Under the pieces are notes generated by a model that was given only the letters and a program-made list of their open reading frames with translations, ran no database searches and had not been told where the DNA came from. Positions 35,696-49,940 of a stretch of DNA of 64,000 nt are shown one piece after another. The translations under genes and the position numbers were made by a program. The DNA is taken from positions 166,162,001 through 166,226,000 of the forward strand of contig NC_086097.1 of NCBI RefSeq assembly GCF_963921235.1, read 5' to 3'. The number at the start of each line of letters is the position of its first letter. The first letter of the stretch is position 1. The stretch is from Mobula hypostoma. Lineage: Eukaryota.

Positions 35696-38600
35696 GGTCA
35701 ATATTGAGGTCCAAGCATATTGAAGAACAAATAGGCTCAAGGGTTTAAATTGCTACACCTGCATTCTTCTAAGTAGGGCCAGAGGAGGCTCTTTCTAGGA
35801 GGCAACATTTTTGGAAAAAGGCTCTTATACCAGTTTAGCTCAAACTATTGTCTCGAGAAACACATAAGAACTGCTGGTGGAACTCAGCAGGTCAGGCAGC
35901 ATCTATAAAGGGAACTATTGTCCAATTGGTTGTGGAAGATGCACAACTGAAAAGGAAAACAACTCAAAAGAAGCGTGCATTGTTTGGTTGACTTTTGCAG
36001 TTAATGCACAATGATATTAATTTTACCTTATCCTTAGAACCGTTCACCTGCAATTTTAAATACAAATTGCCTTTGCCATGTTGGCTTCTATGATTTGAGG
36101 AAATGAGTTCAAGCATCATAAAGTGTGTTGCAGTTTTATAAACTCTGAGTATGCTGCATCTGGGTATTGCATTCATTTCTTGTCACCGCATTATAGAATG
36201 TGGGAGCTTTGGAGAGGGTGCCAAAAAGGTTTACCAGCATACTGCTTGGATTGAAAGGTAGGTGCTATTCTGAAAAGCTGGATTTTCTCCCGAGCAGCAG
36301 ATGATGAGGGGAGTGTGTATGTGGGTAAGTGGTAGAATCAGGTGTGGGAGTATGGAGATGATGGAAAATGGTGAGAATGCATTGACATTAGTCTAGGAAC
36401 AGTGTAAATGGATGCTTCAAGGCTGGCACAGACTCAATGGGCTGAAGGGCCGGTTTCCACACTGTGTGACTCTATGAGCGCTCCACTAACATTGAGAAAA
36501 TGTGTAAATAGTTAGGAATGGGCAGTAGATCTGTCCTCCTCAAACCCCTGTCAGATCTTTAGCAGGAATCTTGTTTCTAATTTACTCTGAGGATGTGGAT
36601 ACCAGTATTTATTACCCATCCTTTGGGAAGATAAAGGTGAGCCACCTTCCTGAACTACCATGTGGTGGGAAGAAAACAGGAGAACTTCAGATCCAAGTTA
36701 AGCCTTCCATTGCTACAGAAATTAAACTGCAGCAACCGTTGTGGCATTTATAATATCGCCTTGAATGCTGAAAAATATGGCAAATCTTACCTTTAGTTCA
36801 GTGCCATCAGGGACTAACAGTGGACAACGGAGACAATGGAACGATCAAATTATAATTGTGTAATGTAAGGAAGTCTTGATGTACTTGTCATCCAGTATGA
36901 TAAGGTGCAAATGATTTCTATACATGTGGAAGATTTCCTCAGGTACTTCTCATGTGCTAAAGAATTCCATAAAGAATATTTTTATTCATTGCTCTTCTCA
37001 GTTGATGACAAGGTCTTCCTGCACAGTCAGCACAGCAATTACAAGTCACAGGCACAACTCTGGGTCCCTGGGGTATTGTTCTGTTAGGGGAATGGCAGAG
37101 AGAGGGAAGTAAGAAGGCCCAATGATGACACACAAATGAAGGAAAGAGGTGTAGGAATGGGAGGCCTGTTGTTGGGAAATAGAGGTGGGTGGGTGATAGG
37201 TAGAAGTGGACAAGGAAAAGAAAGGCAAATGGAGCCAGGCTGGGGGAGGGAATGGTTGGGCTAGGAGGGAGATAAGCAGGAACACAAAGGCTACCAGTGC
37301 TATTCAAGGAGATTTTGGAAGACACACATTTTCAGGAAAGATAATAAGAACAATGTGCGGTTGGTCTACCAGCAATATCACTTCTTTTCATGAGGTGATT
37401 AACAAATGCTTGTCTGTTTGCATGATCTCTTTATCTCGGGACTTTGGAACAAGATGGCAGGAGGGAGGATTTGCGAGGTTATAGGAAAAGGTGGGAAAGC
37501 TACTTACACTGCAGAGAAATGCCCTGAAAGGATTTAATATTTCACACATCACTGCAATTGTGACAGAACAATGTCACAGAATTCACTACAGCTGCTGCGT
37601 GGCTGGTTTCAATTTCAAAGAACCCCTCCAATCTTCGTTGAAAATAAATTTTAATAGCTTTCCTTCCTCAAAGCCCTTCAAACTCCTACAGCTCCCTAAG
37701 GGTTGTGAAGGTCATGCTTTCATCTGGCTGACTAGAGATCTGGCTACTGGGTTCTGAGACAAGCTAAACGTTTGAAATAATTTGCACACCCACCAGCCAA
37801 GACGCAGACTCAAACCAAAGGGAAAAAATAACTCAGTGGGGAATAGAGAATACATCCCAGAGATCAATGGCCACACACAAAGTGTGCTCATGAAAGGTTA
37901 GTGTCAACAGCTATTTACACAGGATGATTTAAAGTTGGTTCCTGTTAGGGGAGTAACTGAATTTTCAGATTGTTATTATGCCCTTTACCTTAAGTTTATA
38001 GTTAATAGGAGTCATACAGGAGTAGAAAAGAAACATTTCTGACAGATGGAATCTGATCATTATTTTAAAACTTCGTAAAGCAATATTGCTTTTGAGTAAA
38101 ATTTGGGTTTTTTTCCAGACAGTAGTACAAAGAATTACTTTGAAGTAGGAAATTTATTGAGATGGTTAATTTTATTAATAGCAAATATTTTCACTGTGGC
38201 AACACAGAAAAATGGAATACATGCCTTGTGCATTGAATCGGATATCCAATAAACCGCATCTGTTCAGTGTTGCAAGGTGCTAGTGAAGATCCTTTACCGC
38301 TCTTGTGTACCTAGGTGGGAATTATTAGTTGCTGCAGCTAGAAGGAAATCTGATAAGGCCTTCATGCCACAGGGTCACCTTTTGCAGCTGCCCAAGAGAG
38401 GAGACACTGGAGGCAGTGTGGCACAGCGTCCGTGCTGGGGTGGGGGCTGCCCCCTCCTGTCAGTGCTGTGCTCCAGTGTTCGCTTGGTGGGCGAGAAGCT
38501 GGGTTGCGCTTGTCTGCAGTTGCACCAGCACATGACGATCGGATTGCTCTGGGCTCGTCCTTGCCAACAACATCCTGCATCATTCATCTATGGGGTATGA

Positions 38601-38894
38601 TTCTCAGGGACAAGGGCTAATTTGTTTGTGACTGGATCTTTACTTCTATCTTACATGTGCTATATGTACCTTGTGTTGTGTGTCACTGTTGGTACTGTAC
38701 CTTGCACCTTGGGCGTGGAGGAATGCTGCATGGTTTTTCTGTATTCATCTGTGGTTGACAATTAAACTTGAACTTGGAGATGGAAAATGATGGAAAGAAT
38801 AATGGATGGAAAGATTAGGCCAATTCTTTGCATCTAATTGGGAATGGTGTTGGATAGTATCTGTTGTTTGTCATATGGCTCTGGTAAATGCCAT

Positions 38895-39637
38895 GGCTCT
38901 GGCTTCAGGCATGACAGGAATCATGCTCATGTCCCCATCTACATCAACGGAACTGTAGTGGAGCGTGTATCAAGCTTCAAATTCCTTGGTGTCCACATTT
39001 CAGAGGATCTCACCTGGTCCCTGAACTCCCCTATCCGGATCAAAAAGGCACAACAGCGCCTCTATTTCCTGCGGAGCATCAAGAAAGCTCACCTCTGTCC
39101 CAGGATACTGATGGACTTTTACCACTGTCCCATTGAGAGCAGACTCACCAACTGCATCTCAGTGTGGGATGGCAATTGTCCCGTATTGGACCACAAAGCA
39201 CTCCAGTGTGTGGTGAAAACTGCCCAGCAGATTATCGGCACCCAGTTGCCCACCATTGAGAGCATCTACCATAAACGCTGCCTGGGCAGAGTGAAAAGCA
39301 TTATCAAGGATGCATCTCACCCTAACCATGGACTTTTTACTCTCCTCCCATCGGGTAGGCGCTACAGGAGCCTCCGCTCCCGCACCAGCAGGCACAAGAG
39401 GAGCTTCTTCCCTGAGGCTGTGACACTGCTGAACCTCACATCACAGCGCTAAGCAGTATTGCATCCGTATTGTACTGTCTCAGTACTTTTATATTTATGT
39501 GCTGTAGTACTTACTTTTTATTCGTAGTTATTTTGTAAATAACACTATTCTTTGCATTTCTGGTCAGATGCTAATTGTATTTCATTGGCTTTGTATCTGT
39601 ACTCGGCACAATGACAATAAAGTTGAATCTAATCTAA
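38895..39637 (+). mobile_element. Rex1/Babar-type LINE 3' fragment with (AATCT)n tail
   Basis: ORF 38838-39452 (VERVSSFKFLGVHISEDLTWS...LLPSGRRYRSL). A shorter copy of the same subfamily lies at 61197-61430. Confidence 0.9.
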
Positions 39638-39924
39638 GTGATTGGAATCAAGTTGAGGGGAGGGACTAGAATTTAGGAAAGTTTTATGCAACTCTAAGTA
39701 TTTTCTAGCTTCAAAAGTGAAAAAAAACATTTATATCTAGACTGTATATATTTCGGCTTTGAGACAGCCAAATATGTGCTTGGAAAATTAAGACTTTTGA
39801 AGTGTGATCACTATTGTAATAAAAGACGTACAACAGCAGATTGGCACACAGCAAGGACTCACAACACCAATAAAATATTGACCATACAATTTATTCCTCT
39901 GATATTGAGACAGAATGATACATC

Positions 39925-41860
39925 TTGTGATGCACTCAGATGCATCATCAGTGATGTAACCTGAGGTCACAGGGCGCTTCAGGTCTTTCAACATCAGACA
40001 CTGTCGCCCGGACGACCCAACCGGGGTTGATCAGGCCCCGACTTGTGTCGGAGCAGTACTCTGCCACGGACCACTCCTCCTGATCCACAGCTCACTCTGC
40101 TGCCACTATGGCGTTCCTGATGGCTTTCCTCCACTGGGCTCCTGAGACACCCATTCGGCTGTAGACTCAGCAGAGGGATTGCCCAGCAAACCCTCTGCAG
40201 CCCACCTCTATGGGCATACAACGTGCTTGCCACCCCTTGCCGCAGCACTCCTCCACCATGTCTTTGTCTTTTTCCTTTCATAGGCCTCCTCCATCTTGTC
40301 TACCCAGGGAATGGTCAGCCTAGGTGGCTCTGACAGCAGCACTATGTCTGGCCTAAGCATGGTCGAGGAGATGTGCTCAGGAAGTCTGAGCTGTTTCCCA
40401 AGGTCGACTCTCAATTGCCAGTCCTTTGCAGTTCCTAGGAGGCCAGCATGCTCCTTGGATTGTGCTTGAGTCTTCTCCCCTGCACTGATAAAATAATTGC
40501 TTGCTTTGCTGGGCAGTGGTGTTTGGCCTGGCGATGGCTGTGCACAAGGTGTCTGCCACTGTTTTCAGCACCTGGTTGTGATGTCAAGGATAACACCCTC
40601 CCCCCCCCCCCACCCAGGGCAGATGAGAATGTGCTCTAATGTCTCCTTCCCTCAGCATAGGGAGCATGTTGGTGTTTCGCCCTTGCCCCAGCAGTAGATG
40701 TTCGCTGGGCTTGGCAAAATGTCATAGACCGACTGGATCAGCAACTTGATGTGGTAGGGTCCAGTCGCCAAACCTCCCCCCACGATGTGTTGTGCTCCAT
40801 TACCCTTCCCATCTTGCCCATGCACCTTGTTGCTGCATGCCAGGAATCTTGCTGGCATGTAGCTCCTCCACAGCAGCTTGCACCTCATGCTGGACCGACT
40901 GGTGCCTCGCTCTTCCTTGCACCCTAACGTAGCGGACTGTTGGGAAGCAACCCAAGCCCACCTGTCCCGGTACCACTCTGAGCCCACCAGCACACTCTGG
41001 CACAGCCGAGCTTCAGCTTGTTGAACTTCATCCTGTGTCCTCTGCCTCCTGCCCATCCTCGCCTCAATACCAGCGTGTGAGACCTTGGGTCGCTGGACTC
41101 TCTGTATTGCAGCACTTCCCTTGCACGGGTGACCATTGAACTCTGTGCTCACACAGCTGACGGGGAGCTTCATTCTGTTTTACTTCCCGTACAGGGCGAT
41201 GTTGCTTAGATTCCTAGGCAAACCCAGCCACTTATGTAGGAGCTGGCTGATCTTTCTCTCAAAGGTCTCAACTGTTGACAGTGGGACATCATAGACAAGC
41301 AGGGGCCACAGGATCCGAGGGAGAATACTGTGCTGGTAAATCCAAGCTTTGAATTTACCCGGTTGTCTTGACTTGTCCACAGCAGGCAACCATTGCTGCA
41401 GCTTTTCCCTTGCTGTTTTGATGGATGCTGTGTCCTTCAGTGACCTGTTAAACACCTTGCCACAGCTCTTCACTGGCTTGTCAACCATCTTTCCTCTCTT
41501 AAGTACTTAGGATCTGGATTTCTTAGGATTGAACTTCATCTTTGGCCAAGCTGTGAGCTTCTCCAGACCCTGGAGGATCCATCTGCATCCTGGCACTGAC
41601 ATTGTTGTTATAGTCAGGTCATCCATGAATGCTCTTATAGGTGGTTGACGGACAATGGGCCTCTATACTCTATTTCTGCTGACCTGGCTAACATGTTCAT
41701 CGCCAAGGAGAAGATGATCACAGACACCGTACATCCTGATATTATCCCCTTCTCAAGATAATGCCAATCAGATGTGACAATCCCAGAGGCGACTCTTCGA
41801 CTGAAATTACTGTGGTAGTCCAGAATGAGTTCGCTGGACCTGATTGGGACATGGTGGCAC
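39925..41860 (-). mobile_element. Degenerate R2-superfamily (Hero/NeSL-like) non-LTR element with restriction-like endonuclease
   Basis: RT AFMDD near 41620, PGKFKAWIYQH...PRILWPL (41180-41488), CSLC...LEHIL knuckle (about 40620-40665), LRPDIVL...LTIPW...EAYERK (40208-40414). Confidence 0.85.
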
Positions 41861-42399
41861 TCTATTATATAAGAAGGTGGTACACTGCCACTTCTCAGAG
41901 CAACGTATTTTATTTGACGATGTAGCTAATCTTGTTGTAACTGCCCCATTCCACAATGTTTTGGTACAGATAGCAAAATTCAAGATTCAGTAAGTTCACA
42001 CATTTCCTACCTTCCTCCCCAGTATTCCTGCCCTTTCTGACTTACCACAAAATATTATGTAAGACTGAGTCAGCAGTATGAATGATTATTTCAAACAAAT
42101 CGACTCCATAAGACAGCAAACATCATAAGCCAGCTCCCAGATTGAGAAGAGGCACTCTGCACTGGTATATGCCTGTTCCTTCCATGATGCAATACTTAAC
42201 ACACTTTCAGTACGAGTTACACAAATGCACGATGTGATGGATACTGGAAAATGGCAATGATATTAACAAATGCACTAACTTTGTTTGAAAAAACTAAAAA
42301 ATGCTGGAATTCTGAAATAAAAACACAAACAAAAAATGCTGAAAACTTTTAGCAAGCCAGCCGGCATCTTTCTCAAGAGAAATGACTTCTACCTGCACC

Positions 42400-43030
42400 A
42401 TAGCTGCACAGAAACGGGCCCCTTGGCCCAACTCATCCATCGTGGTCAAGGTGCCTCCCTAAGCAAGTTTCATTTGCCTGCATTTGGCCCAGATCCCTCT
42501 AATCCTTTTCTGTCCATGTAACTGTTCACTTACCTTTTAAATGTGTAATTGTAACTACCTCTATTTCCCCTAGTAAATTGTTCTATATACAGTCCCCACA
42601 ATTCCCTATGTGAAAAGCTTGCCCCTCAGGTTGCCTTTAAATTTTTCCCCCTCACCTTAAATCTGTCTTTTAGATGTAGGCTCCCCTACCATGGGAAAAA
42701 ACCTGTCACCATCCATCTTATCTATGTTCCTCACAATTTTATAAACCTGTAGAAGATCACCCTGGAGCTTTCCTTGCTCCCGGGAAAACAGTCCCAACCT
42801 ACCCCGTCTCTCTTTATAACTTGGCTCCTCTATGCTTGGCAACACCCTTGTGAATCTTTTATGTACTCTCTGCGGCCTAATCATATCTGTCCAGTGGTGT
42901 GGTAACTATAATCGCACACAATACTTCAAAAACAGTCTTACGAATGTAATATGAAGTCCCAGTTCTTGTTGATAATGCCCAGTCTAATGTAAGCAAGCAC
43001 ACCACACACTTTCTTCACCATCTCACCTAC
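42400..43030 (-). mobile_element. Old CR1 3' fragment
   Basis: ORF 42657-42884 (RFTRVLP...LGLFS...GDLLQVYKIV). Confidence 0.8.
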
Positions 43031-43916
43031 CTATGTCACCTGTGTCCATTTCCTGCCCACAGATGCTGTCTGATCTTCTGACTATATCCGGCATTTTCTG
43101 TTTTTATTTCCTCTCAAGAGATAATGTAGGCCAGGCACTATCTGTAGAGGGAGAAACAGATTTAACATTTCATGTAAGTGGTGATTCGCCATTACTGAAT
43201 GTTTTCAGCCCCATCTTTTGTTTCTTTATTTTTCTGAATTCTGTGTCATAATATTCTGTGCCAAATGACGTTTTGTCATTTCACCACCTCTGCCCTCCTT
43301 ACCATATCATGTTTTCATTGTCACCATTGTTACTGGTTCTGTACATATTCTTTAGTACAGCACTAGGCAAATTAGGTTCAACAACTAGAACCATGTCTTG
43401 GATTCCTGAGGACAGTAAAAATTTGGAATGAAGTCTGGATCTCCTTTGGCCTGGGGCTATTTGGCCAACAGTCATAAGCAGGAAACAATTGAAATACCCC
43501 CTGAGATTTTCATGTTAATTAGCTCATCTCTTCATGACCCATGACACAACAGATGTTTGGATTGTCGCATTTATACTGTGATTTGAGCTGTCTAAGAATT
43601 TATTTTGCTGCTTTTTGATTCAGTCATGTCCCAATTTCATCTATGACAGCTTGTGCATTTCAAGCTGAGCTTTAATAGAAAGTAGTCTTGGTCAAGGAGG
43701 TATTGGGGTCAAAGAGTCATAGGGTTATGCAGCACAGGAATAGGACCTTTTCCCCAACACATCCATGCTGGCTATTGCATCCATCTACACTTTTCTGCAG
43801 TCTTTGCTGATTCAAGTGTTGGTACAGATATTTCTCAAATATTGGAACTCCTCAGGCAGCACATTCCTGATTCCAACCAATCTGGGTGAAGGAAGACCCA
43901 GATCTCCTCTTGGCCT

Positions 43917-44599
43917 TGAGAGGGAGGTGATAGGCAGGCAAGGAGATAAGGTGAGAGAGGGGAATGGGAATGATGAGGGGGGGGCATTAGTGGAAGTTCA
44001 AGACATCGATGTTCATGGCATCAGCTTGAAGGCTACCCAGACGGAACATAAGCTGTTGTTTTTCCAGTCTGAGTGTGGCCTCATCATGGCAGCAGAGGAG
44101 GCCTTGGACTGATATATTGGAATGGGAATGGAAAGTAGAATTGAAATGGGTGGCTACTGGGAGATCCCATTTTTTCCTGGTGGATGGAGGATAGGTGCTC
44201 AGCGAAGCAGTCTCCCAATCTATATTTGGTCTACTGATATACAGGCAGCCACAATGGGAGCACAGGATACAGTATATGACTCCAACAGTCTCACAGGTTA
44301 AGTATCATCTCACCTGGAAGGACTGTTTGAGGTCCTGAATGGTAGTGAGGGAGGAGGTGTAGAGGCATGTGTAGTACTTGTTCCGCTTGCAAGGATAAGG
44401 GCCTGGAGCGAGATCAGTGGGTGTGGTAAATGGACAAGAGAGTCGTGTAAGGAGCGATCCCTGCAGAAAGCAGAAAATAGGGCGAGAAAGATGTGCTTGG
44501 TGGGATCTCATTGGAGCTGGCAGAAGTTGCAAAGAATTATGTGCTGTACATGGAGGCTAGTGGGCTGGTAGGTGAGGACAAAAGGAGCCCTAAACCTGT
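43917..44599 (-). mobile_element. Degenerate Penelope-like fragment (GIY-YIG region)
   Basis: ORF 44305-44532 (PGPYPCKRNKYYTCLYTSSLTTIQ...SFQVR), homologous to 651-1082. Confidence 0.88.
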
Positions 44600-44919
44600 G
44601 TGCTGCCTCGACCACTTCTAGCAGCTCATTACACATAGATACCATCCTTTGTTTAATAAAAGTTCCCCTCAAATTCCTTTCAAATCTTTCCTCTCTTGCC
44701 TTAAACATATACTCTCTGGTTCTTGATTTCCCAACTCTAGAGAAAAGACTGAATGCAGTCTATTCCCTCAAAAGACAAATATCAAAGGTTCAAAGGTTCA
44801 TTTTATTTTCAAAGTATATATGCAGAATAGAGGTCGGAAATTTGTCTTCTCCAGATTGCCATTGAGTACAGAAAACCATATAAGTAGTTGAAAGGAAGAC
44901 GTCAATCCCTCACCCACAT

Positions 44920-47378
44920 AAAACTAATTGAAAGAAAAACATGGGAGCTGGGATGTGTATGCTTAGTTACTATATAATCCTATATATATTACTATGTACA
45001 GCATACTGTTTAATACAACTACTATATAGACATCTACAGCATAGTAAATTTTAAATTGTCTCATTCGAGCCTAAAAATTTCATAGCTGTGGAAGCCTTCT
45101 TACTCTTGTGGAATAAAGTCTATTCTAACTGGGGTGGGGGAGGGTCACTCTGCCAGGCAGGTGAGGCTTGAAGCTGTGAACCGATCCCAGGTCCTGGAGC
45201 TTCCTCCATGGTAGTTGCAGGAGTGACTCTGGTACTGGAGGAAGTGGTTCCGACTGATCTGGACACCTTTCCTGTTGGCATCTCAGACAGCTGCTTGAGC
45301 TACTGATCTAACCCGGGCCACGAAACAAAGCTTCAAGCCAAAGGTTTCATTTTGACCATGACTATATGACTGGCATCTAGCTCCTCCAACACTTTAGCTG
45401 TCAGCGCGTATGGTATAACGACTCTCAATTCCCGCATAAGGCTACTCCCCTTCAAGGGCAAGTTCATCCAGTGCTGGTAAAAATGGGGCAACTGAAATTT
45501 ATATTGCACATTTCAGCAATTTTGGGTGGCCATGTAGACCTGAGACAGTGTGAGTCTTTTCTAGTTTCCCTTTAGATCATCTCTGCTGTATTAGTGAGAG
45601 TTTTATTTTGTGTTAGGGAGAATACATCAAGAGGAGAGTCCTCTTTTGTAAATTTTTCAGGAATTCCTTTCTCCAAGGATAAATGGGATAATCTATCAGT
45701 ACTTCCATGATTATTTGTCATATTGAATTTGATCTTGTAATTGTGTCCTCCAAGAAGCTTTGCAAAGATATCCTCTACCTGGGGCAGAGGGTATTGATTT
45801 ACTTTCAGTACTGCGTAGATGGTGACATTAAAATCATCACAGATCCCGACAAACCCATCTTTTTTGGCTACTGGGACCACTGGCATTGCCCATGGGGTCC
45901 ATTCAACCTTGGAAATAATTCTTACAGCCTCCATACAATCTAGCTCATTGGTTACTTCATTGTGGATGGTATAAGGAACCAGATGGGCTTTGTAAACCCT
46001 GGTGTGGCATCTTATGTTTGTCATTCCCACACGAGTGATCTTTCCTCCAGTATAATCTCTTAGTTGGATACTTGCAGGCTTCAGTTCAGTATATTTGAAA
46101 TGCCATTCAAACTCATTTTGTGAATTGATTGAAACGGCCAAGGCAGTGTCCAATTCCATTTCAATTCATTTGTTGTTCACTTCTGGTGTAAGCCATATTA
46201 CTTGTCTCTTTTTGGTTTTCACATGGTAAATCTCAAGGTTAGTCAGTCCTGTATCACGTTTATCGTTATCAGATTTTTCATCAACAACGTGAAAATTAAT
46301 TTTCTTTTAAAAACTGCAGCTTGATTTTTAAATATCTTTTCCTCTTCCCTGTGCATTCCATTTATTTTTGTCTTCCTGACATGCTCTTTGCATCTGTCTG
46401 TTCTATTGCATTTTCTGCAAGTTTCACCTTTAAATTTGCATTAGTCTGGTGTATGTGATTCCCCTGCCACAACAGTAATACAATTTGTTAAGCCAGGGAG
46501 GTTTCCACAAACTAATCAACCACTCATTACTTCAATTAAGCTCATCACTGAACTGACAATGCTCGGACAACTTCTGCAACTCAGCCATGTATGCTGAATT
46601 GGACCTCCCCCCTTCCTTTTGATTCCACACAGGAAACCTAAATTGTTCTGTAATCAACAATAGTTCTGATTCTAAATGTTTATGCATTACTTTCATAATA
46701 TCAGCAAAACTTATTTCAGCTGGTTTGGTTTAGCAGTTGAACTTGTAAGCAAACTGTATGTTTTTCCATATGTTACACTCAGCAACTCTGGCACTTGTTT
46801 TTTATTTGGCTATTCCCATTTGCTTTAAAACACTGCTCAATTCATTCAGTGTACATCATGTAGTTATCTGTTGTGCAATGGAACTTGTCTCTCTTTCTGA
46901 TGTAGCCAGCCCTTTATGCATTTTTATTTATTACTATTATCACCCAGTACTCACCGTACACATTGCTTGTTAATTTTGTCCCTTTCTAAGTTTTTGTTTA
47001 ACTTGACCATCTCTCTCCCTTCTGAAGTAGCACAAACAGCACTTTTTAAAATAATTCAAATGTCTCTCTCTCCTTCTGAAGAAAAAACATGCTACACTTC
47101 AACAGGTAGGTAGTCATCTTGGGTTCATTTTAAAACATCCTCATCACCATGTTTACATTTTGCAACATCAGAAACCAATTGAAGGAAAAATATGGGAGTC
47201 AGGATGTGTGCTTATTTTGTGAGAAGCTCTCTTGTGACATAGTGTTGTACTAGTGTATGCCTTTCACATATTTCCAAAATATACCCATAATGAATTATAT
47301 AAACAAAGAGAGAATGCTTAATCAAACAGTATATTAACTATATTACTCAAATATTACTGAAATATTAAATACATGACA
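44920..47378 (-). mobile_element. Heavily deleted Gypsy (Mag-like) element; 5' LTR 47150-47378, partial 3' LTR near 44920-44970
   Basis: TG...CA LTR followed by PBS-like TGGTGATGAGGATG, gag knuckle near 46450, protease/RT ORF 45572-46159 (MELDTA..., WAMPVVPVAKKDG). An LTR segment is shared between 44921 and 47172. Confidence 0.8.
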
Positions 47379-48889
47379 GTGGACCATAAGCATATAAAAA
47401 TTGTAACCTAAATTAGCCCTAATGTAACTAAATGGTGGACAGCCTCAAGTTCCTGTCCTCAATCATTTCAAGAACTGCAGAAGAGGTTCATCAGCTCTAA
47501 AATTTCCAGTGTGTTTGTACATCATAAGTAACATCATGCTGCCACTGTCTTTGATGGCAGCTTCATTTCCCAAGCACAGTCTGCAGGTTCCACTCTCCAA
47601 GATGGATTGATGTTTGCCTGCTGGGAATTGTCCTGATGATGTAGAGTCAAGGCAAAAGTTAGATTTGTAAAGCTCTAGGATTCAATCTCTGGTGCTCAAT
47701 ATATTGTCAGAAGTTACCAGATGTTGCCCGTCTAAATGATAATATTGCATGTCTGAAGATGCATCTGAAATAGTATAGACTGAGTCCAATTAAATGATTA
47801 TGTTGGATTAATCCGATTAATAGTCATACAACAAAATACTTAACAGAAAAGGCATTTATCCTCAGGGCTGCTGACTGCAAAATTACATTGGTGTGCAGAT
47901 TTCCTTGTAATATATAATTGAAACCAATTTCATTGTCTCAGTAACAGTTGCCCCTGTGAACTCCGAGATAAGACAGGATAGATTTAGAGAAGACAATTAC
48001 ACTGTAGAGGGACACTGAACTGGAACTCACAAATATTCAATGTGATTGGAAGCACATGACTCAGTATTTTCTATTCACAGGACTCTTAGTAACCCTACCA
48101 TTGTCAAAGTGTCGTTCAGCCTGTATTAATATCCAAATCTTCCATTCATCTTGATTGTGGGCTTTAAGGATTAGTTGCCCTGGTCATTAATCTCTTCTGT
48201 CAGATGAGCAACAAAGCTCGGTCTATCTTCAATGGGCCATTCTTATGAAGGCACGTGACGCTATTCAGTCACAGCCTGCAGATCTGTGTTCAACCAAATC
48301 TGATCACAGTTAGCTTGGATTCAGTTTTATTTCCTGAATAAGCAAACAGCCCCCAATCAAAAAGAAAGCTAATCCATTTCAGGGAAAAATCACGGCTCAC
48401 ACCAGCTCCCCGATTTTCAATGAGCAACAACTCACTCTTTAATTAATGGCTTGAATAGGCAGGGAGGAGAAGGATTATAATAAAGTGAGACTTTGCTTTA
48501 AAGCTATTCCTCCCCTTGAAGTATCTGGACAAAAATATCTCCAGAGGTATTGTTGAAGAAAATCCTTAATAAAAATGTAACCTATATTAGGGATTGGTGA
48601 ACAGCTGGGAATTAAGTGCCTAATACTGTGGGACCTGCAATGCATTGTAGGTTCTCCTCTTGGTATCACTCAATCATTTGCTCACTTAAATGCAAAGCAC
48701 CAAGTAAAATATGACCTTTAATTGTGGTTGTCAGCCTTTACCTAGGACACAAGAGGATGGAATCAGGAGTAAATTACAAACTGCCAGAGGAACTCAATGG
48801 CATCTGAGGACGTGAAGGGATTTTCAGATTGAGACCCTGTATCTGGAATGTAAAGGAGAGATACCCAATATAAAGAGTTGAGGGGGTAG

Positions 48890-49940
48890 AGGAGTGTATC
48901 TGCCATTTCTTTGCCCATTCTCTCAATCTGTTCGTCCTTCTGTTGCCTTCCTGCTTCCTCGACACTATCTGCCCCTCTACCTATCTTCATATTGTCTGCA
49001 AACTTGATAACACAGCCATAAATTCCATCATTCAAATCATTGACATATAATTTGAAAAGAAGCAGTTGCCAACCCTGACCCCTGCTGAAAACCACTAGTC
49101 ATAGCCAGCCAATCAGAAACGGCTCCCTTTTTCCCCACTCTTTGCCTCCTGAAAAGCAGCCAATGCTTTATCCGTGGTAGGTTATTTTCTGTAATACCAT
49201 GGGCTCTTAAGCAGCCTCATGTGGGACCTTATCAAAGACCTTCTGAAAACACCACATCCACCGATTTTCCTTAGTCTATCTTGCTTGCTGTTTCCTCCAA
49301 CAATTTCAACAGATCTGTCAGGCAAGATTTTCCTTAAGGAAACTATGCTGACTTTGGCCCATTTTATCACGTGTCTCTAAGTACACTGAAACCTCATCCA
49401 TAACAATTGACTCAACCATATTACTACTGAAATCCACTTCTCCCCTTTCCTTCTGAGCCTCAGTGCCAGAGATCCAATCACTGTGGCTTCCGACTGGTAA
49501 GTCGTTTCACCCACCAACAGTATCCAAAGCTGTATACTTATTATTGAGGGGAAAGGCCATTGGAGTACTCTGCACTGGCTGCTTCTTTCCTTTCGCTCTC
49601 CTGGCAATCACCCAGATACCTGTCTCCTGTAACTTGCGGTATTCTCTCCTTATGGTTTTTTAGTTGCCTTCTGTTGTTTTCTAAAAGCTTCCCATCCTCT
49701 AACTTCCCACTAATTATTGACATACTATATACCCTTTCTTTTGCTTTTATGCTACCTTTGACGGTCTCAACCATGGTTGCCTCATCCTCCCTTCAGAATA
49801 CTACTTCATCTTTGGGATGTATCCATCCTGATCCTTCCAAATTGCTCCCAGAAACTCCAGTCATTGCTGATCTGCTGTCATCCCTGCTAGTGTCTCCTTC
49901 CAAGAAACTCTGGCCAGCCTCTGTAATTCCCTTTACTCCA
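48890..49940 (-). mobile_element. Fragmented CR1 pieces
   Basis: KFADNMKIG (48763-49095) and ORF2 linker remnants (49541-49774). Confidence 0.7.

Noticed and set aside
36905..38620. Cluster of 60-120 aa ORFs
   Set aside because: Overlapping on both strands, low complexity or adjoining a LINE tail, with no domain recognised.
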